In this document: positions 35,238 to 46,399 of the stretch, piece by piece
Position numbering within the stretch: the first letter of the stretch is position 1
Layout of the letters: every line of letters begins with the position of its first letter
Source: Elsinoe ampelina
Taxonomy: Eukaryota
DNA length: 58,335 bases
Direction of reading: 5' to 3'
NCBI GenBank assembly: GCA_010093995.1
Contig: ML992532.1
Coordinates: 1 to 58,335 of the forward strand
Position numbers and translations under genes: made by a program
The notes under the pieces: model-generated
Database searches by the model: none
What the model was told of the DNA's origin: nothing
What the model saw: the letters and a program-made list of their open reading frames with translations, nothing else

Positions 35238-36188
35238 ATGACATCCATCTTCCTATCAAAAAAGGCGAAGATCCTTGAGCAACTTTCTACACCTACACAA
35301 GACTACACGGATGCATCACCGAAAGGCAGCGTTGATGCACCCGTGCAAACTCTGGTGAAACAAATCAACGACATCGATTCTCTTGTCACAACCAGCAGCT
35401 GTTCCGGCCGCATTGCAATCTATATTGAAGGAGCAAAGATCGTTTCGACCGAGCCAGAAAACGTGGGCGGAGCCTCCAGTGTAGCCAAATCCAGTCAAGG
35501 CAAAGGTGGCGGATCCTGGCTCTTCGTTTCCCACACACCCCTTGACGATCGATTCGGCGAAGATGCATCAAACTCATTATTCTCACAACTGCTCTCGTCA
35601 GCCCAGAACGAGAGCCATGTCTCTGTCTCGCCGCAGATGCAGACGTCGACAGATTTGCACTCAGCCACGCCCCCTGGAGCCAGACTCCTGCATTTCAAGT
35701 TCGAGCCATTGATCTTACATATACTTTGCTCGTCACTCTGGGCGGCCCGGAAAGTTCTCATTGCTAGTCAAGCTGCTGGCTTTAGAGAAAGTGGTATCTC
35801 TTCTGTTCCCGAGCCTTCCATACCGATCGACGTTGATAGCCGCGAAAAGGCGGAGTCACATGATCTCAATCAAATGAATGCAAGGCAGACCATGGAAGGT
35901 GAGAGTGCTGTCGTGGCTCGTGGCGGAAAGAGGCAATATCCCAAACGTGAACGGAAGTCCCAGAGGCAGACACAGGATGGCCATGTCATGGTGGCAGTCA
36001 GGACGACAGGGCTGACCATGGATGCTCCTATTGGATATCTCGGAGAAGACGACAACATCAAATTGAATGTTAGCGACGCATACCTGGGCAGCTTGATCAA
36101 GATGGGCAATCAGCGCTTTGCGACAAACGAACAAAGGAAGCAGAGGCTGAGGGATGGCATTATGCAGGCCTTTCACATCAATGGTTGA
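35238..36188 (+). CDS. TYW3: tRNA wybutosine-synthesizing methyltransferase TYW3 (start may be 35199)
   Basis: DASPKGSVD, TTSSCSGRI, WLFVSH, FKFEPLILH, AGFRESG and MVAVRT motifs. Confidence 0.92.
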   Translation: MTSIFLSKKAKILEQLSTPTQDYTDASPKGSVDAPVQTLVKQINDIDSLVTTSSCSGRIAIYIEGAKIVSTEPENVGGASSVAKSSQGKGGGSWLFVSHTPLDDRFGEDASNSLFSQLLSSAQNESHVSVSPQMQTSTDLHSATPPGARLLHFKFEPLILHILCSSLWAARKVLIASQAAGFRESGISSVPEPSIPIDVDSREKAESHDLNQMNARQTMEGESAVVARGGKRQYPKRERKSQRQTQDGHVMVAVRTTGLTMDAPIGYLGEDDNIKLNVSDAYLGSLIKMGNQRFATNEQRKQRLRDGIMQAFHING

Positions 36189-36259
36189 GCATCGATGGCT
36201 CGGGATGGTCGTGGTTGTGGTTATAGGTATCGTTCAATCATTATTGCCATGTTGTACTA

Positions 36260-38116
36260 TTACACGACCTGATCACTGGGCGGCAGTGTGTTTTCAGGAA
36301 TCTCGTCCACTGCTCCACCCTCGTCAGGCTCAACATTTCGATCAACGAAGCGCATGAAGCTGTCTTCTGGTTCTCCGGTAATAATCTGCCATGCTTGTTT
36401 GACGGATTCCACCACACCGTCGTCAAAGACCGGACCACTGGGAGGCTCGAGGAAGATTCGCGTGTTTTCGTCGTCTTCATTCCGAATGGATGAAGGTCCG
36501 CCAGGCTGAGAGACAATCTCGTACTTGACGGTCCACAGCACGAGCGGGTGGACAGCTTCTTGTATGGAGGTGAGTAGCGCCTGCACAGCTATCTCGAGTA
36601 ACGGTGATGCATCACCGAGGGGGATCGAAGTCATGGCGTAAATCACACCTGTTGCTGTCAGCATGTGGTCTGGATTGAAGATTGACAAAAACTGTGTGAC
36701 GAAAGAGGCCAGATTCAGGTTGTCAGAGTAGACATCAGCAATGTTGTTGCAGACAATGTAGATAAGTATTCAATATGGTTGTTCATCCTTTGGCTCGGGT
36801 GTTGGAGATGTCGAGGTGCAAGTGGGGAAAGACGAATGACTTACATTGCCCCTTCGGACATTCGCCGGTGTCAGCGGAGTGTACCAGAACGTGTATTGGG
36901 TTCGGGTTGAATCCTTGTCCATCGACGTGGGCGATGGTACCGGAAGGGTACACCACAACTGCTGCTGAAGGAGGTGGGCTGCCCTCGGCGCCCCGAGGAA
37001 AGAGGGCGTCCATTGTGGAGCTTACGACTGAGATACTTCGTGCGCAAACATTGGCCAATTGTTCTTCCGTACCATCAGGCGTGTTCCACGCTTTTGGCAG
37101 CTGGTCGTGTGTGCCAATGAGGTGACTGGTTACAAACTTGTCTCCGCCTTGGAGCACAACTTGTATTCCCGGCTCTTCGTCTGATACTGCATCCACGTTG
37201 TCGATCCCTCGGTTGAGCACATAGACTGCTCCTCCGACCGCAGCTGCTCGACAAGCGACCTGGACGACTTCGGACAAGCCACCGTATTTGGGCAAGACGG
37301 CAGAGAAGCCGGCTCCGAACACCCCCATCGAAGTCAAGTGACGATGAATGTTGGCGAGGGCGAAGTCTGTCGTGACCTTGTCGTCAGGCTTGGAGCTCAT
37401 GCTCAATGCAAGAAGTGGACCATGGAAGTCGGGGGAGATCCTGAATTTCTTGACCAAAAAGTCGGCAAATGATTTATTTTTCCAGTCCGTCCATGTCTCT
37501 TGCTCTTCCTGGTAGACGGCCACAAAGCGAAGGAACTTGACTAGGGCGCCTTTAGCTCGCAGGGTGAGCGCCGGGTTCGAGAAAATATCTTCACGGCTGT
37601 TGGGTACTCGTACGAGCTGGCCGGAGGTTGAACCAGAATCGGACGGAGCTGACTGCTGGTAGACGAACCAACTGCCGACGGCCAGAAACTCGAGCTGTTC
37701 ATGTGCCTTTGAAGACACGAGAGCCAGAAGAAGAGCGGACCTGGTGTAGAGGACACATGGTGACAAAGACAAGCTGTACGCCCGCGGTGCTGCCAGTCTC
37801 ACCGAGTGTTCGGGTGTGGAAGGTGGTTGAATGATCGATGCATTGCGGAAGGGCGATCGTGAAGGATTGGTCTTCTGTCGATCAACCCATGATTCGATTT
37901 CGGTAATGCTGAGAGCAGCTTCTCGTCCGCCGTAGTGGTCGTTGCTGTCGAGGTGAAGGATTTTCTTGTTGGAGCGAGACAAGGCGCTTTATGTGCTGCG
38001 TCAGTCAGAGGAGTACGATTGGGTGCATAAAGAAGTACTTACAGCGCTAGCAGAGCCGGTTGCAAGCCAGTCCCGGCAATGACCACGTCCCAAGACGTGC
38101 CATTCAAGGTGTCCAT
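36260..38116 (-). CDS. MRS6: Rab escort protein / Rab GGTase component A (GDI family); exons 38116-38043, 37986-36845, 36648-36260
   Basis: WDVVIAGTGL..LALSRS.KKILHLD.N.HYGG, QLEFLAVGSW, RVPNSREDIF, PKYGGLSEVVQVACRAAAVGGAVYVL and ECPKGQCVIY after splicing. Confidence 0.9.
36708..36794 (-). ncRNA. Candidate intronic box C/D snoRNA in REP intron 2
   Basis: The intron is 196 nt against the typical 47. It has a C-like box AGGATGA (36789-36783), a D box CTGA (36718-36715), a GCCA/TGGC terminal stem and a C'-like TGATGT. The guides CTCTGACAA and ATTGAATACT are complementary to adjacent conserved 18S rRNA sequence (recalled). Confidence 0.65.
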
Positions 38117-38483
38117 GGGGTGTGGTTGTGGAGCAAATATCGCAGAGCTTGGGAGAGGAAGTGTCAGCTGGGATGACTAAGCGAGCCAGCAAGAAAATCT
38201 CCGAGTCGGCCGCCCTCTCTGTTCTGCAAATAACGCGCATGTCGTCTTGCTTTCTCATAGGTTTGGAAGGAAGATTGGCAATTGTCGGCTTCACTGTCGA
38301 CTCTCATCCGCGCGTGAGACGGATCTGGCGCCCTGTATCTACTGCTCTTGAGATTTGGTCATTGAAGGAAGCAGCTCGAATGAGGCGGCACATCAATTTT
38401 GTGGTGGCATTGGTATCTATGTGATTGATCTATCTTCGACCGCTCTGCTCGACCATTGTGCTTGCTCGCCAACTAGACGCAGC

Positions 38484-39090
38484 TCAGAGTTTGGAGAGCA
38501 CAGCGTCGACAGCGCTGACAGTGACCTGGCTTGGGTTGGACTCGTTCTCAAAGTACGAGATGGTGCCGTCCTTCTCGATGACCAGGGCATAGCGGCCGTT
38601 GCGGTTGGTGTTGCCGGCCATGTAGGCGTGCTTCTTGGAGAAGTCCTTGTCGTCGGACAGGAAGAGCTAGGCTTTGTCAGTATCGTCGTCTATGCCAATC
38701 GTTCCGTATCTTACAATGTCGTCGCCGGTGACCTTGTTGACCTTGCCCCAAGCATTCATGACCCAGCTATCGTTGTAGCCGATCACAGCGACCTGGTCGA
38801 CACCCTTGGACTTGAGATCCTTGAGCTTGTTGATGTAGGGTGGTAGATGGTTTGCCTGACATCCCGGGGTGAAGGCGCCCGGGACGCTGACGAGCACGAC
38901 CTTCTTGCCCTTCCAGTTCTTGCCGGCAGGGTACTCTTGGGGAAGGCCGCACTGAGTTGGGTCTGAGTCGGTGATTGGCACCCAGCTGTGCTTGTCAGCC
39001 TTGTTCGAGTATGTTTCAAGCTCTTGCTTTGCGAACGACCTACCCAAAGGTGACATCTTCGGGGAACTTGTCGCCGACGTTGAGAGGCAT
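38484..39090 (-). CDS. Prx5/AHP1/Asp f3-type peroxiredoxin; exons 39090-39044, 38985-38715, 38666-38484
   Basis: GDKFP, CGLPQEY, KKVVLVSVPGAFTPGC..NHLP, NDSWVMNAWG, LFLSD and RYALVI motifs. Confidence 0.92.
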
Positions 39091-39560
39091 TGTGTGCGAT
39101 TGATGGGTGGAGAATTGAAGTTTGGCGAGTTCGTAGTTCTTCGATGCTATCTTGGAGGGCTGTGTGGTGATGAAGCTTGACTGAGGATCAATTGGAAGAA
39201 GCAGAGCTGTAACGGGCAGAGAAGCTACCTTGATGGGTGGATTACTAAGGGTACGAAGTGCTTTCCGATCTTAGGGAGGACGAGCAATTGTTGGTGAAGA
39301 GCAGGGTTGTTGGCTTCTGTGTTCAGCCTTTCAGAAATTCAAATCATGCCCCTCGTTGCGAGGGGAGGGAGCTCGATTGGGAAGGAATGCCGTGATTTAA
39401 CTCGGCGTCTGCCCCACCATCCCGCCTGATGTCATTTTATTAGGCGGTTATCTCTACCTGTCAGAAGAGGGAGGGTCTAGACGTCGGATCGAGTTGGGAG
39501 CATAGCAGGTTGATGTAGACTACTCTATTCACGTCTTTATACGCCCTCTCGTCAATAGCC

Positions 39561-40063
39561 ATGTCTCTTGCGCCTCCGTTCACGCGAGAGACTGCCCAGG
39601 CCAAAGTGAAGAAGGCACAAGACCTCTGGAACAAGCAGTAGGCTCTATTTCCTCCTCTGTCTATCCTACACAGTCCTAATTGTCAAGGAATCCAGTAGAA
39701 GTGGCAGAGGCTTACACCCCTGACTGTATTTGGCGTAATCGAGACCACTTCTTTTCCGGTACAGAGGCCATTGTCGATTTCTTGACCAAGAAATGGCAGC
39801 GTGAGCAGAACTATCGGCTTCGCAAAGAGTTGTTTGCATTTGGTGACGACAGAATCGCCGTGCAGTTCTGGTACGAGTATCAAGACAGCTCGGATGGGAA
39901 GTGGAAGCGCTGTTATGGCTTAGAAGATTGGACGTTTGCACCAGATGGGAGGATGAGGAAGCGGCAGATGAGCGGGAATGATGTCGTCCTGGCCGAAGAA
40001 CAGCGGTGGTTCCGAGACGGCGTCGATGTAAACGAGGTCAACATCTCAGAGAAGCACTGGTAA
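39561..40063 (+). CDS. DUF1348 (NTF2/SnoaL-like) protein; exons 39561-39637, 39688-40063
   Basis: PPFTRETA..KVKKAQDLWN, AYTPD.IWRNR, FLTKKW.RE..YRLRKELFAF, RIAVQFWYEY and YGLEDW motifs. Confidence 0.9.
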
Positions 40064-40089
40064 GGTCTGGTATTCGTGTGCCTGCAGTT

Positions 40090-40536
40090 TCAAGCTGGCG
40101 GCGTGTCGTGGATCACCACAGCAATGTAATGAGCATCTGCAAAGGTCAATATCCGTCTCTACCAGAATCTGACAGTGAACTTGCCTGGAACAATGACCAG
40201 CTCGCTCCTCTTCATTCTCATCCTCAGCAGTTTCACCTCATCACCTTCAGACGTGGTCATCTCCCTTGCGATCCTGGCCGAGGCTGTCACATAGTTGAAG
40301 ATCATGCTAGCCACCTCCTCGACTGGCTTAAAACTGCCCGTTCGTGCTGCATTTGTGCCTTCTGGTCCGCCTTGACCTATGCCATTGGTTTGAGCGTTGC
40401 TGTCGGCTTTTTCCAGGCCTGATGACTGCACAATGTCACCAGACTGGCGAGACAGAACCAGTGTTGCTTGGACACCGGGCTTATCCGCCAGTCTCGAAAG
40501 CTTTGCAAGTGTGTCTTCGAGGGTCGCTTGCTGCAT
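40090..40536 (-). CDS. Roadblock/LC7 dynein light chain; exons 40536-40185, 40136-40090
   Basis: LSRLADKPGVQATLVLSR..G.I and DEVKLLRMR.KR.ELVIVP|DAHYIAVVIHDTPPA after a GC-AG intron. The start codon is uncertain. Confidence 0.85.
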
Positions 40537-40739
40537 ATTTCCAGATCGTGTCGTGTGGTCAAATGGTGAAGACAGTGGAGACGTTGTTGTGTTTACAAAA
40601 GCTTCAATTTCCAAGAACAAAACACGAATCACTGGAGACAGCCGCGCACATCTCTCGTACCAGCACAGCCAGATGAAAGGCGGTCAAGAGTATTGGAATT
40701 TTCTTTACACATCATACTATCGCGTAGTGTACGAAAGAT

Positions 40740-41560
40740 TTATACCACCAGCTTGTCTACTATCATCAGTTGTTTCTGCATGATGAGAAGCGGTATGATT
40801 TTCACGCCGCCGGTCTTCTCATCAGGAATCTCGTCATGTCGCTTCCCAACAATCCTGTATCCCAGTCTCTGATACCAATCCTCGTTGACTATTTTAGGTC
40901 TTCCGTTGCCGAGGTCATCATAATATGCCCTGAGATACCACTCCTCGCCCTGGAATTCCTTGGTGATCGTGTCTAATGCAGTGCTGGCAGCATTGAACGG
41001 CTTCCTAGAAGCGATCTCTTCAATCGCAAACACGGCTTGCCTGCCTAGACCACTTCCTTGCAGCGCCCATGAAATGTACAGAGATTTCAACCAGATGGTG
41101 GTCTCTGGCGAGTCAACACAGTCGGCCACAGGTGGCGGTGCACGATCGAGCAACACATGGCCTATAGGAATGAAGCTTTTGCTAGTCGGAGTTCGCTCAA
41201 CGAGAGCGATGGTTTTGGCAGTGTCCAAGATTGGTTCACGTTCCTACTGATGATCAGCAATGCCCATCGTCGACTCGAGCTTCATATACCGCTGTATGTC
41301 TCTCCGTGTGCTTCCGCAGGGCTTCCTCCTTGCCAACAAATTCATCGGACAGCGTCTAGGTGATTTATCAGATATTCGGCCCCCAGTACCTGGTAGAGAG
41401 GACTCACGATCCAGTAGACAGCTTTCCGAGCTTCTAAATGCCATTCTTTGTCCTTGCTCGGACTCGGTGGGAACCATCCGAAAGAGACCCGCTGGTCCTG
41501 CATGCGCCGGAAGTGCGCCTCATTCGAGGGGTCCCACGGTATAAGCTCTACTTTGCTCAT
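40740..41560 (-). CDS. GNAT-family acetyltransferase; exons 41560-41408, 41355-41290, 41243-40740
   Basis: LIPWDP..RM.DQR..GW, PIGHV.LD, LYISWALQGSGLGR (AcCoA motif) and WYQRLGY motifs; two canonical introns. Confidence 0.85.
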
Positions 41561-41818
41561 GATGTTGTGCATACAGAGGATTACGACGATGTTTTATGCA
41601 AAACGTGCTGTACCGAATACTTCTGCTGATAAATATCTGCAGATGCACATACGCCCTGTGATCAAATAACGAAAGGCGTGGTAATTAATGCTTGTCGATG
41701 TAACGTTGCATGAAGGACAACGACTGACGCCGGGCTGCCCGAACACTCGACCAATTTGCACCAATCTAAGACATTCGATCTATAGAGGCCATTAGAGCAG
41801 CGAGACGTGCCCGCGATA

Positions 41819-43987
41819 TCATGGTACAGACTTCTTGCTGCGTCCCAGATTCCCGAGATCTCTCATCACACCACGACTGATGTCGAATAATGCCCCTCGG
41901 CTCTCGACAATTGGATACACCACGCAGATGATCATACTGCACCAGACCCAGACAAAGCTCATGACTACCCAGCCCTTGAAGAATGGCCTGTTGAAAACAT
42001 AACCAGTCCCGAACAGGGTAAAAGGTACCAGGATGATCGCAATGAAGAAGAAGATCCAGTTGGCCGTGATTGCAAGACGTTCTGCTTTTCTCACCAAGGC
42101 TGGATCCATAGGCTCCATATGCTTTGCTTCCATTGAATCTACAATCTCGTTGCCAGTCTTGACGAGGCTCTCAGGTTGAGCATTGCTTTCGGGCACAGTA
42201 ATCTTCGGCGACTCGGCTTGCTTCGAGCCAGTTTCCTCGTCAATTTTCTCGCCCGAAGAACCAGCTTCGAGACTGGGCTGATCCAACGCAACGCCAATGA
42301 TGCTAGGTAGCTGGCTCTTGTCGGACGATCTCTGCTTGTCCGGGAACAGTAGCGAGAGGACGACTGCCAGCAATGCTCCGGCACCCCAGCTCGTGATATT
42401 GCCAGCAACTGCGTTCGTGGCATCGCCCGTGGAAAGGACAGTGATCTCTCCGCTACGTTTGCTGGTTGTGACGAACCAGGCAACAAGCCCAAGAGACAAT
42501 GCAATGTATGGAGTTGCGATTGTAGCCACCTTGCTCATGCGTCCCCACAGGAGGACCAGGCCAACCGGAACGCTTGCTCCGCCGACCATGATACCCAAGA
42601 CAGTGAGCAACCATGTGAGGTTAATGTTGATGCGGTTCAAGATGCAGCAGAAGGTGGCAAGTACCAGTGAGTAGATGATGATTCCAAAGTGTGAGACCTT
42701 CACCAGCCTTTGAGATGAGGCTGTGGGCTTGATGTAGGTCTTGTAGATGTCGAACGTGATCAGGGATGATGCAGCAATGAGCTCCGCAGAAGTTGAAGAC
42801 GTCACAGCCATGAATAGCAAAAGTAGCATGAGACCAGCACCTCCAGATCCGAGCAACGTTATCGCAGTAGCAGGAGAGGAGAGACCAGCGCCATTCTGAG
42901 CTTCCGACAGAGGGTTTGGATACGTGGGGAAATTCGGGTGTGTTGACAAAGCCGCACAGCCAAGACCCATACATGTAGCAAATCCGAAAGGTATGCCATA
43001 CCATGCAATGCCTCCCAACAAATATGCCTTGACTGATGTCTCTGGACGAGAAGCGATAGCTCTTTGCCAATATGCCTGATCCAACCAAACGGTGCTGAAA
43101 CCGGCAACCAGAAGGTTGATAGCAAAAATCAGGCCGTTGGTGGAGCGGAAGGTCAAGTAGGAACCATCTCCGGCATTACCTTCGATCGGCATCCGCTCGC
43201 TAGCTTCGACAAGGAGATCGTAGAAGCGATCAAGCCCTCCCACGATATCAGAAGTGGCGTACATCTTGTTGTGTGAGCGTTGAACCTGACTTGTAGGGGT
43301 TGACTTACCACAAAGCAAAAAGTCATTATTGCTATGAACAGGATGACAGTATGGGTGTAGTCCGCGATGAAGGTGCTTCGCAGTCCGCCTACAATAACAT
43401 ACGCAGCGACCTTTCATGATCAGCAAGGTGCATGCTGGGAGAGCGATTTGACTTACCACCAGTGGTATCAGAAAGCAGGCAGCATATACATCCATACCAG
43501 TCAACGCCCCGACCACTTGAGATCCGCCAAGGTTCAGGCATGCTCCTACTAGTAGATTGGTGGCAAAGCCGTTCCACAGATAGGTGACGTGGGCTACGGT
43601 GCCATGCCTGGAGAGCACGATTTCGGGAAAGGTATGAGCCCTCGGGGCGTTGGCCTTGATCTTGATGGCGATGAGAGCAAACAGCAAGATCTGGAATGTG
43701 CCCATCCCGCCGTACCACATCGGCCCATCGATACCGTATGTATATGCGAAGGTCGAGCTAGTCACTAGCGTAGCCGACCAAGTCCAGGAGGAGACGATGC
43801 CGGCTGCAATGAGTCCTGGCTTGACACTGCGGGAAGCTGTGTTGAACTCTTCAGATTGTCCAGTCGAATACAATGTGTAGCGATTCTGTAGGTAGGTGAG
43901 GCCGATCATCATGAGCGCAAAGAATGCGCCGATTCCGATGACGATGCCATAGCCGAAGCCTGGGGTGAGTAGTTGAAAGCCGTCCAT
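41819..43987 (-). CDS. Sodium:solute symporter, DUR3-like urea/polyamine transporter; introns 43411-43456 and 43265-43308
   Basis: GYGIVIGIG.FFA, SEEFNTASRSVKPGL, VSSWTWSATL, AHTFPE, DQAYWQRAIAS, AVTSSTSAELIA.SS..TFDIYK and PIVESR motifs. Confidence 0.9.
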   Translation of the reverse strand: MDGFQLLTPGFGYGIVIGIGAFFALMMIGLTYLQNRYTLYSTGQSEEFNTASRSVKPGLIAAGIVSSWTWSATLVTSSTFAYTYGIDGPMWYGGMGTFQILLFALIAIKIKANAPRAHTFPEIVLSRHGTVAHVTYLWNGFATNLLVGACLNLGGSQVVGALTGMDVYAACFLIPLVVSQIALPACTLLIMKGRCVCYCRRTAKHLHRGLHPYCHPVHSNNDFLLCGKSTPTSQVQRSHNKMYATSDIVGGLDRFYDLLVEASERMPIEGNAGDGSYLTFRSTNGLIFAINLLVAGFSTVWLDQAYWQRAIASRPETSVKAYLLGGIAWYGIPFGFATCMGLGCAALSTHPNFPTYPNPLSEAQNGAGLSSPATAITLLGSGGAGLMLLLLFMAVTSSTSAELIAASSLITFDIYKTYIKPTASSQRLVKVSHFGIIIYSLVLATFCCILNRININLTWLLTVLGIMVGGASVPVGLVLLWGRMSKVATIATPYIALSLGLVAWFVTTSKRSGEITVLSTGDATNAVAGNITSWGAGALLAVVLSLLFPDKQRSSDKSQLPSIIGVALDQPSLEAGSSGEKIDEETGSKQAESPKITVPESNAQPESLVKTGNEIVDSMEAKHMEPMDPALVRKAERLAITANWIFFFIAIILVPFTLFGTGYVFNRPFFKGWVVMSFVWVWCSMIICVVYPIVESRGALFDISRGVMRDLGNLGRSKKSVP

Positions 43988-44140
43988 TGCTGGTAATACT
44001 TGCTGGAACGACGAAGTCGAAACCTGCTCGTAATTGCTATGTGTTTTTGGAACTTGGAGAATAAAAGGAAGACATGGTTATATCTTACCCCGTCTCCAAT
44101 TCGGATGCTTGCGTTGAGCTTGTGCTGGTAATTCCTGCCT

Positions 44141-44707
44141 GATAAGAGAGCGACGATCCCTGCAATCAGAGCTAGAGCAAGTGACGGCAGCGGTATTACT
44201 AGCCGTGGAGACCAGCTCCATGGCTTGATAAGGAATGTCAGGCATGACGAAGTAGTCACACACAGGCTGGAGAATGATATGGCCCTCGGTTTGTAGAATG
44301 CGTTGATGGCAGAAGTGACGGTTTTGATGAGAATAAGAGAATTTGGGACGAGATCAGCCGAGGCCAGAGCTTGATTTCGAGTCGTGAGGCTCTGCCGGTC
44401 GGTGATGCGCGAAGACCCGTGCTTTGGAGCCTTCTGACCCATTCTTGATTCTCCATTTCTCTGCAGGACCTATCGTGCCTACTCTGGCTGTACCAATATC
44501 ATCAGGATAAGTGGGGCTGATCTCGTTCGTCTTGTCATGATATCGGACAAATTTGGCACAGAGTCAACCTCTATGCTCACAATGTAGGCTCATGATTGTA
44601 ACATCGAGCTTTCTCGCTGAAGATAGCAAACGCTGCTGCGAAGACACGAGACGAACCAGTCGCAGATGGAAGCCGAAACATCCGGAGCCTGCATGGTTAG
44701 ACTTATC
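44141..44707. promoter_or_regulatory. GATAAG cluster (AreA/Nit2-type nitrogen regulation) upstream of the DUR3-like gene
   Basis: GATAAG at 44141, 44227 and 44506, and CTTATC at 44702, upstream of a nitrogen-scavenging transporter. Confidence 0.45.
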
Positions 44708-46399
44708 ACGGTGGCGATGCAGAAGCCATGCAACATCAATTTTGTAAGTTCTTACACTTTGCGGCATCCACTCAACCCGGACATCGACCGTCTTCTCCCT
44801 AATTGGTCTTGTCGTATGAACGTCATTCTCCCCGCGGCCGACCAGACGACTCCGCACTACTTCTCAGAGGTTGTTCGTCGCAGCTGTGCCTGCCTGTGAT
44901 CCAAAGTTTAGCACACGCTAAGAACGGCATCACCATCGACTTCGACCACTGGAAGGCGAACAACGATATAATCGATCTGCTTAGCGTCGTTGCGCACTAT
45001 CTTGACCGCGAATACAAACAAAAGACTGTGGTAGTTACTCTGAAAGATGCACTAGGCTCGCACACTAGTGATAACGTTGCTTCACAGCTGATTGAAGTGC
45101 TTCGTGACCATGGTATTGGCGACTGAGTAACATATTTCGCAGCCGATAGTGTCACTAACAACGACAAGGCTCTACGGCTGCTTACACGGAACCTCGAGAT
45201 CGATCCGGTGAAGCAGCGACTTCGTTGTGTCAGGCATATCCTCAACCTTGTGTGCAAAGCCATCCTGTATGGCGTCGACGAAGATTGCATCGCCCGAGTG
45301 CTAGACGAGGGCGCCCTGGTCGACCTTGTAGATGCCTCTGGCGTCACGACTTTTGTGGGGATACTTCGTACTGGTGACGAGGCTAGGCGGCTGGAAGCAT
45401 GGCGTAAGAACGGCCCTATCGGGCGACTTCACAATCTAGTGGTGCACATCAAACACAACAGTAGCCGCCGACTATTCTTCGAGTCGAAGCAGCGTGAAGC
45501 CGCTGGGGATGACGGAGCGAGGCTATATCGCGCAGTGCTAAACGGTGGGATCCGGTGGAACAGCACTGACGAGATGCCGCATCGGGCGTTGCAGTTGAAA
45601 GATGCTTTGACACCAGGATCACTATATCGCTAATCGCAGCCTCGATAGCAGCGACCAAATCTCACCTGATGACTGGCTCCAGCTTGACGAATTGCACAAG
45701 CTCCTCGAACCTGTTCATGAGACCTCGCTCCGTGTACAATCACAGACAGGCATTCACGGGGCGACAGGTTCATTGTACGAGGCATCACCGGCCATGGACT
45801 ACGTCCTCACAAAGCTTGAAGCTGCGAGAGATGCTCTAGGCTACATGCCAGCTAACCACTCAAAAGCCTGCGTCAACCTAGGGTGGAAGAAGCTCGACTA
45901 CTACCACATACTGACTGACAACTCGCCCGCCTACGTGATGGCAGTGTTCCTTCACCCTCATGGACGCCGGCGATGGTTTGAGAGGAAGTGAGTGGGCTGA
46001 TAAGCCGCAGTGGCGCAGGCAGGTCAACAAAACCATCCAGAAGACGTACGACGAGGCAAAGAAGCGTTATGGTAACAGTCTGTCGCCTGAGAGGGTGTTG
46101 CCGCATCGAGAGCTGTCGGACTTTGATGCATACAACAGCTGGGACGGCGACGAGCAACTTGACGAGCTGGCGATGTATTCACAGGAGCTACCAGCTGCGA
46201 GAAGCATCGATCCGCTAGCGTGGTGGAGCGGTAACCAGGAGCGATGCCCCGTGTTGCGGCACCTTGCGCTTGAGTTACTTGCTGCACCGGCGAGAACGGC
46301 TGCCGAAGAGAGACTGTTCAGTCAGGCCGGTCGTGTTGTGAATGATGGCCAATCAAAGTCATACGAAGATCTAGGCTGGCTTAGTAGTGCTAAGGGCTA
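44560..46399 (+). mobile_element. Degenerate hAT-superfamily (Restless-like) transposase
   Basis: TIDFDHW, VVAHYLD, HT.DNVA, AADSVTNND, RLRC..HILNL..KA, IRWNST, FLHP, DPLAWW and ERLFSQAG (dimerisation domain) are spread over frames with stops and frameshifts. No convincing TIRs were found. Confidence 0.85.

Noticed and set aside
43265..43456. DUR3-like gene appearing as one 722-aa intronless ORF
   Set aside because: Two introns (46+44=90 nt) keep the unspliced frame open by coincidence. The middle segment only gives sensible transporter sequence when spliced.
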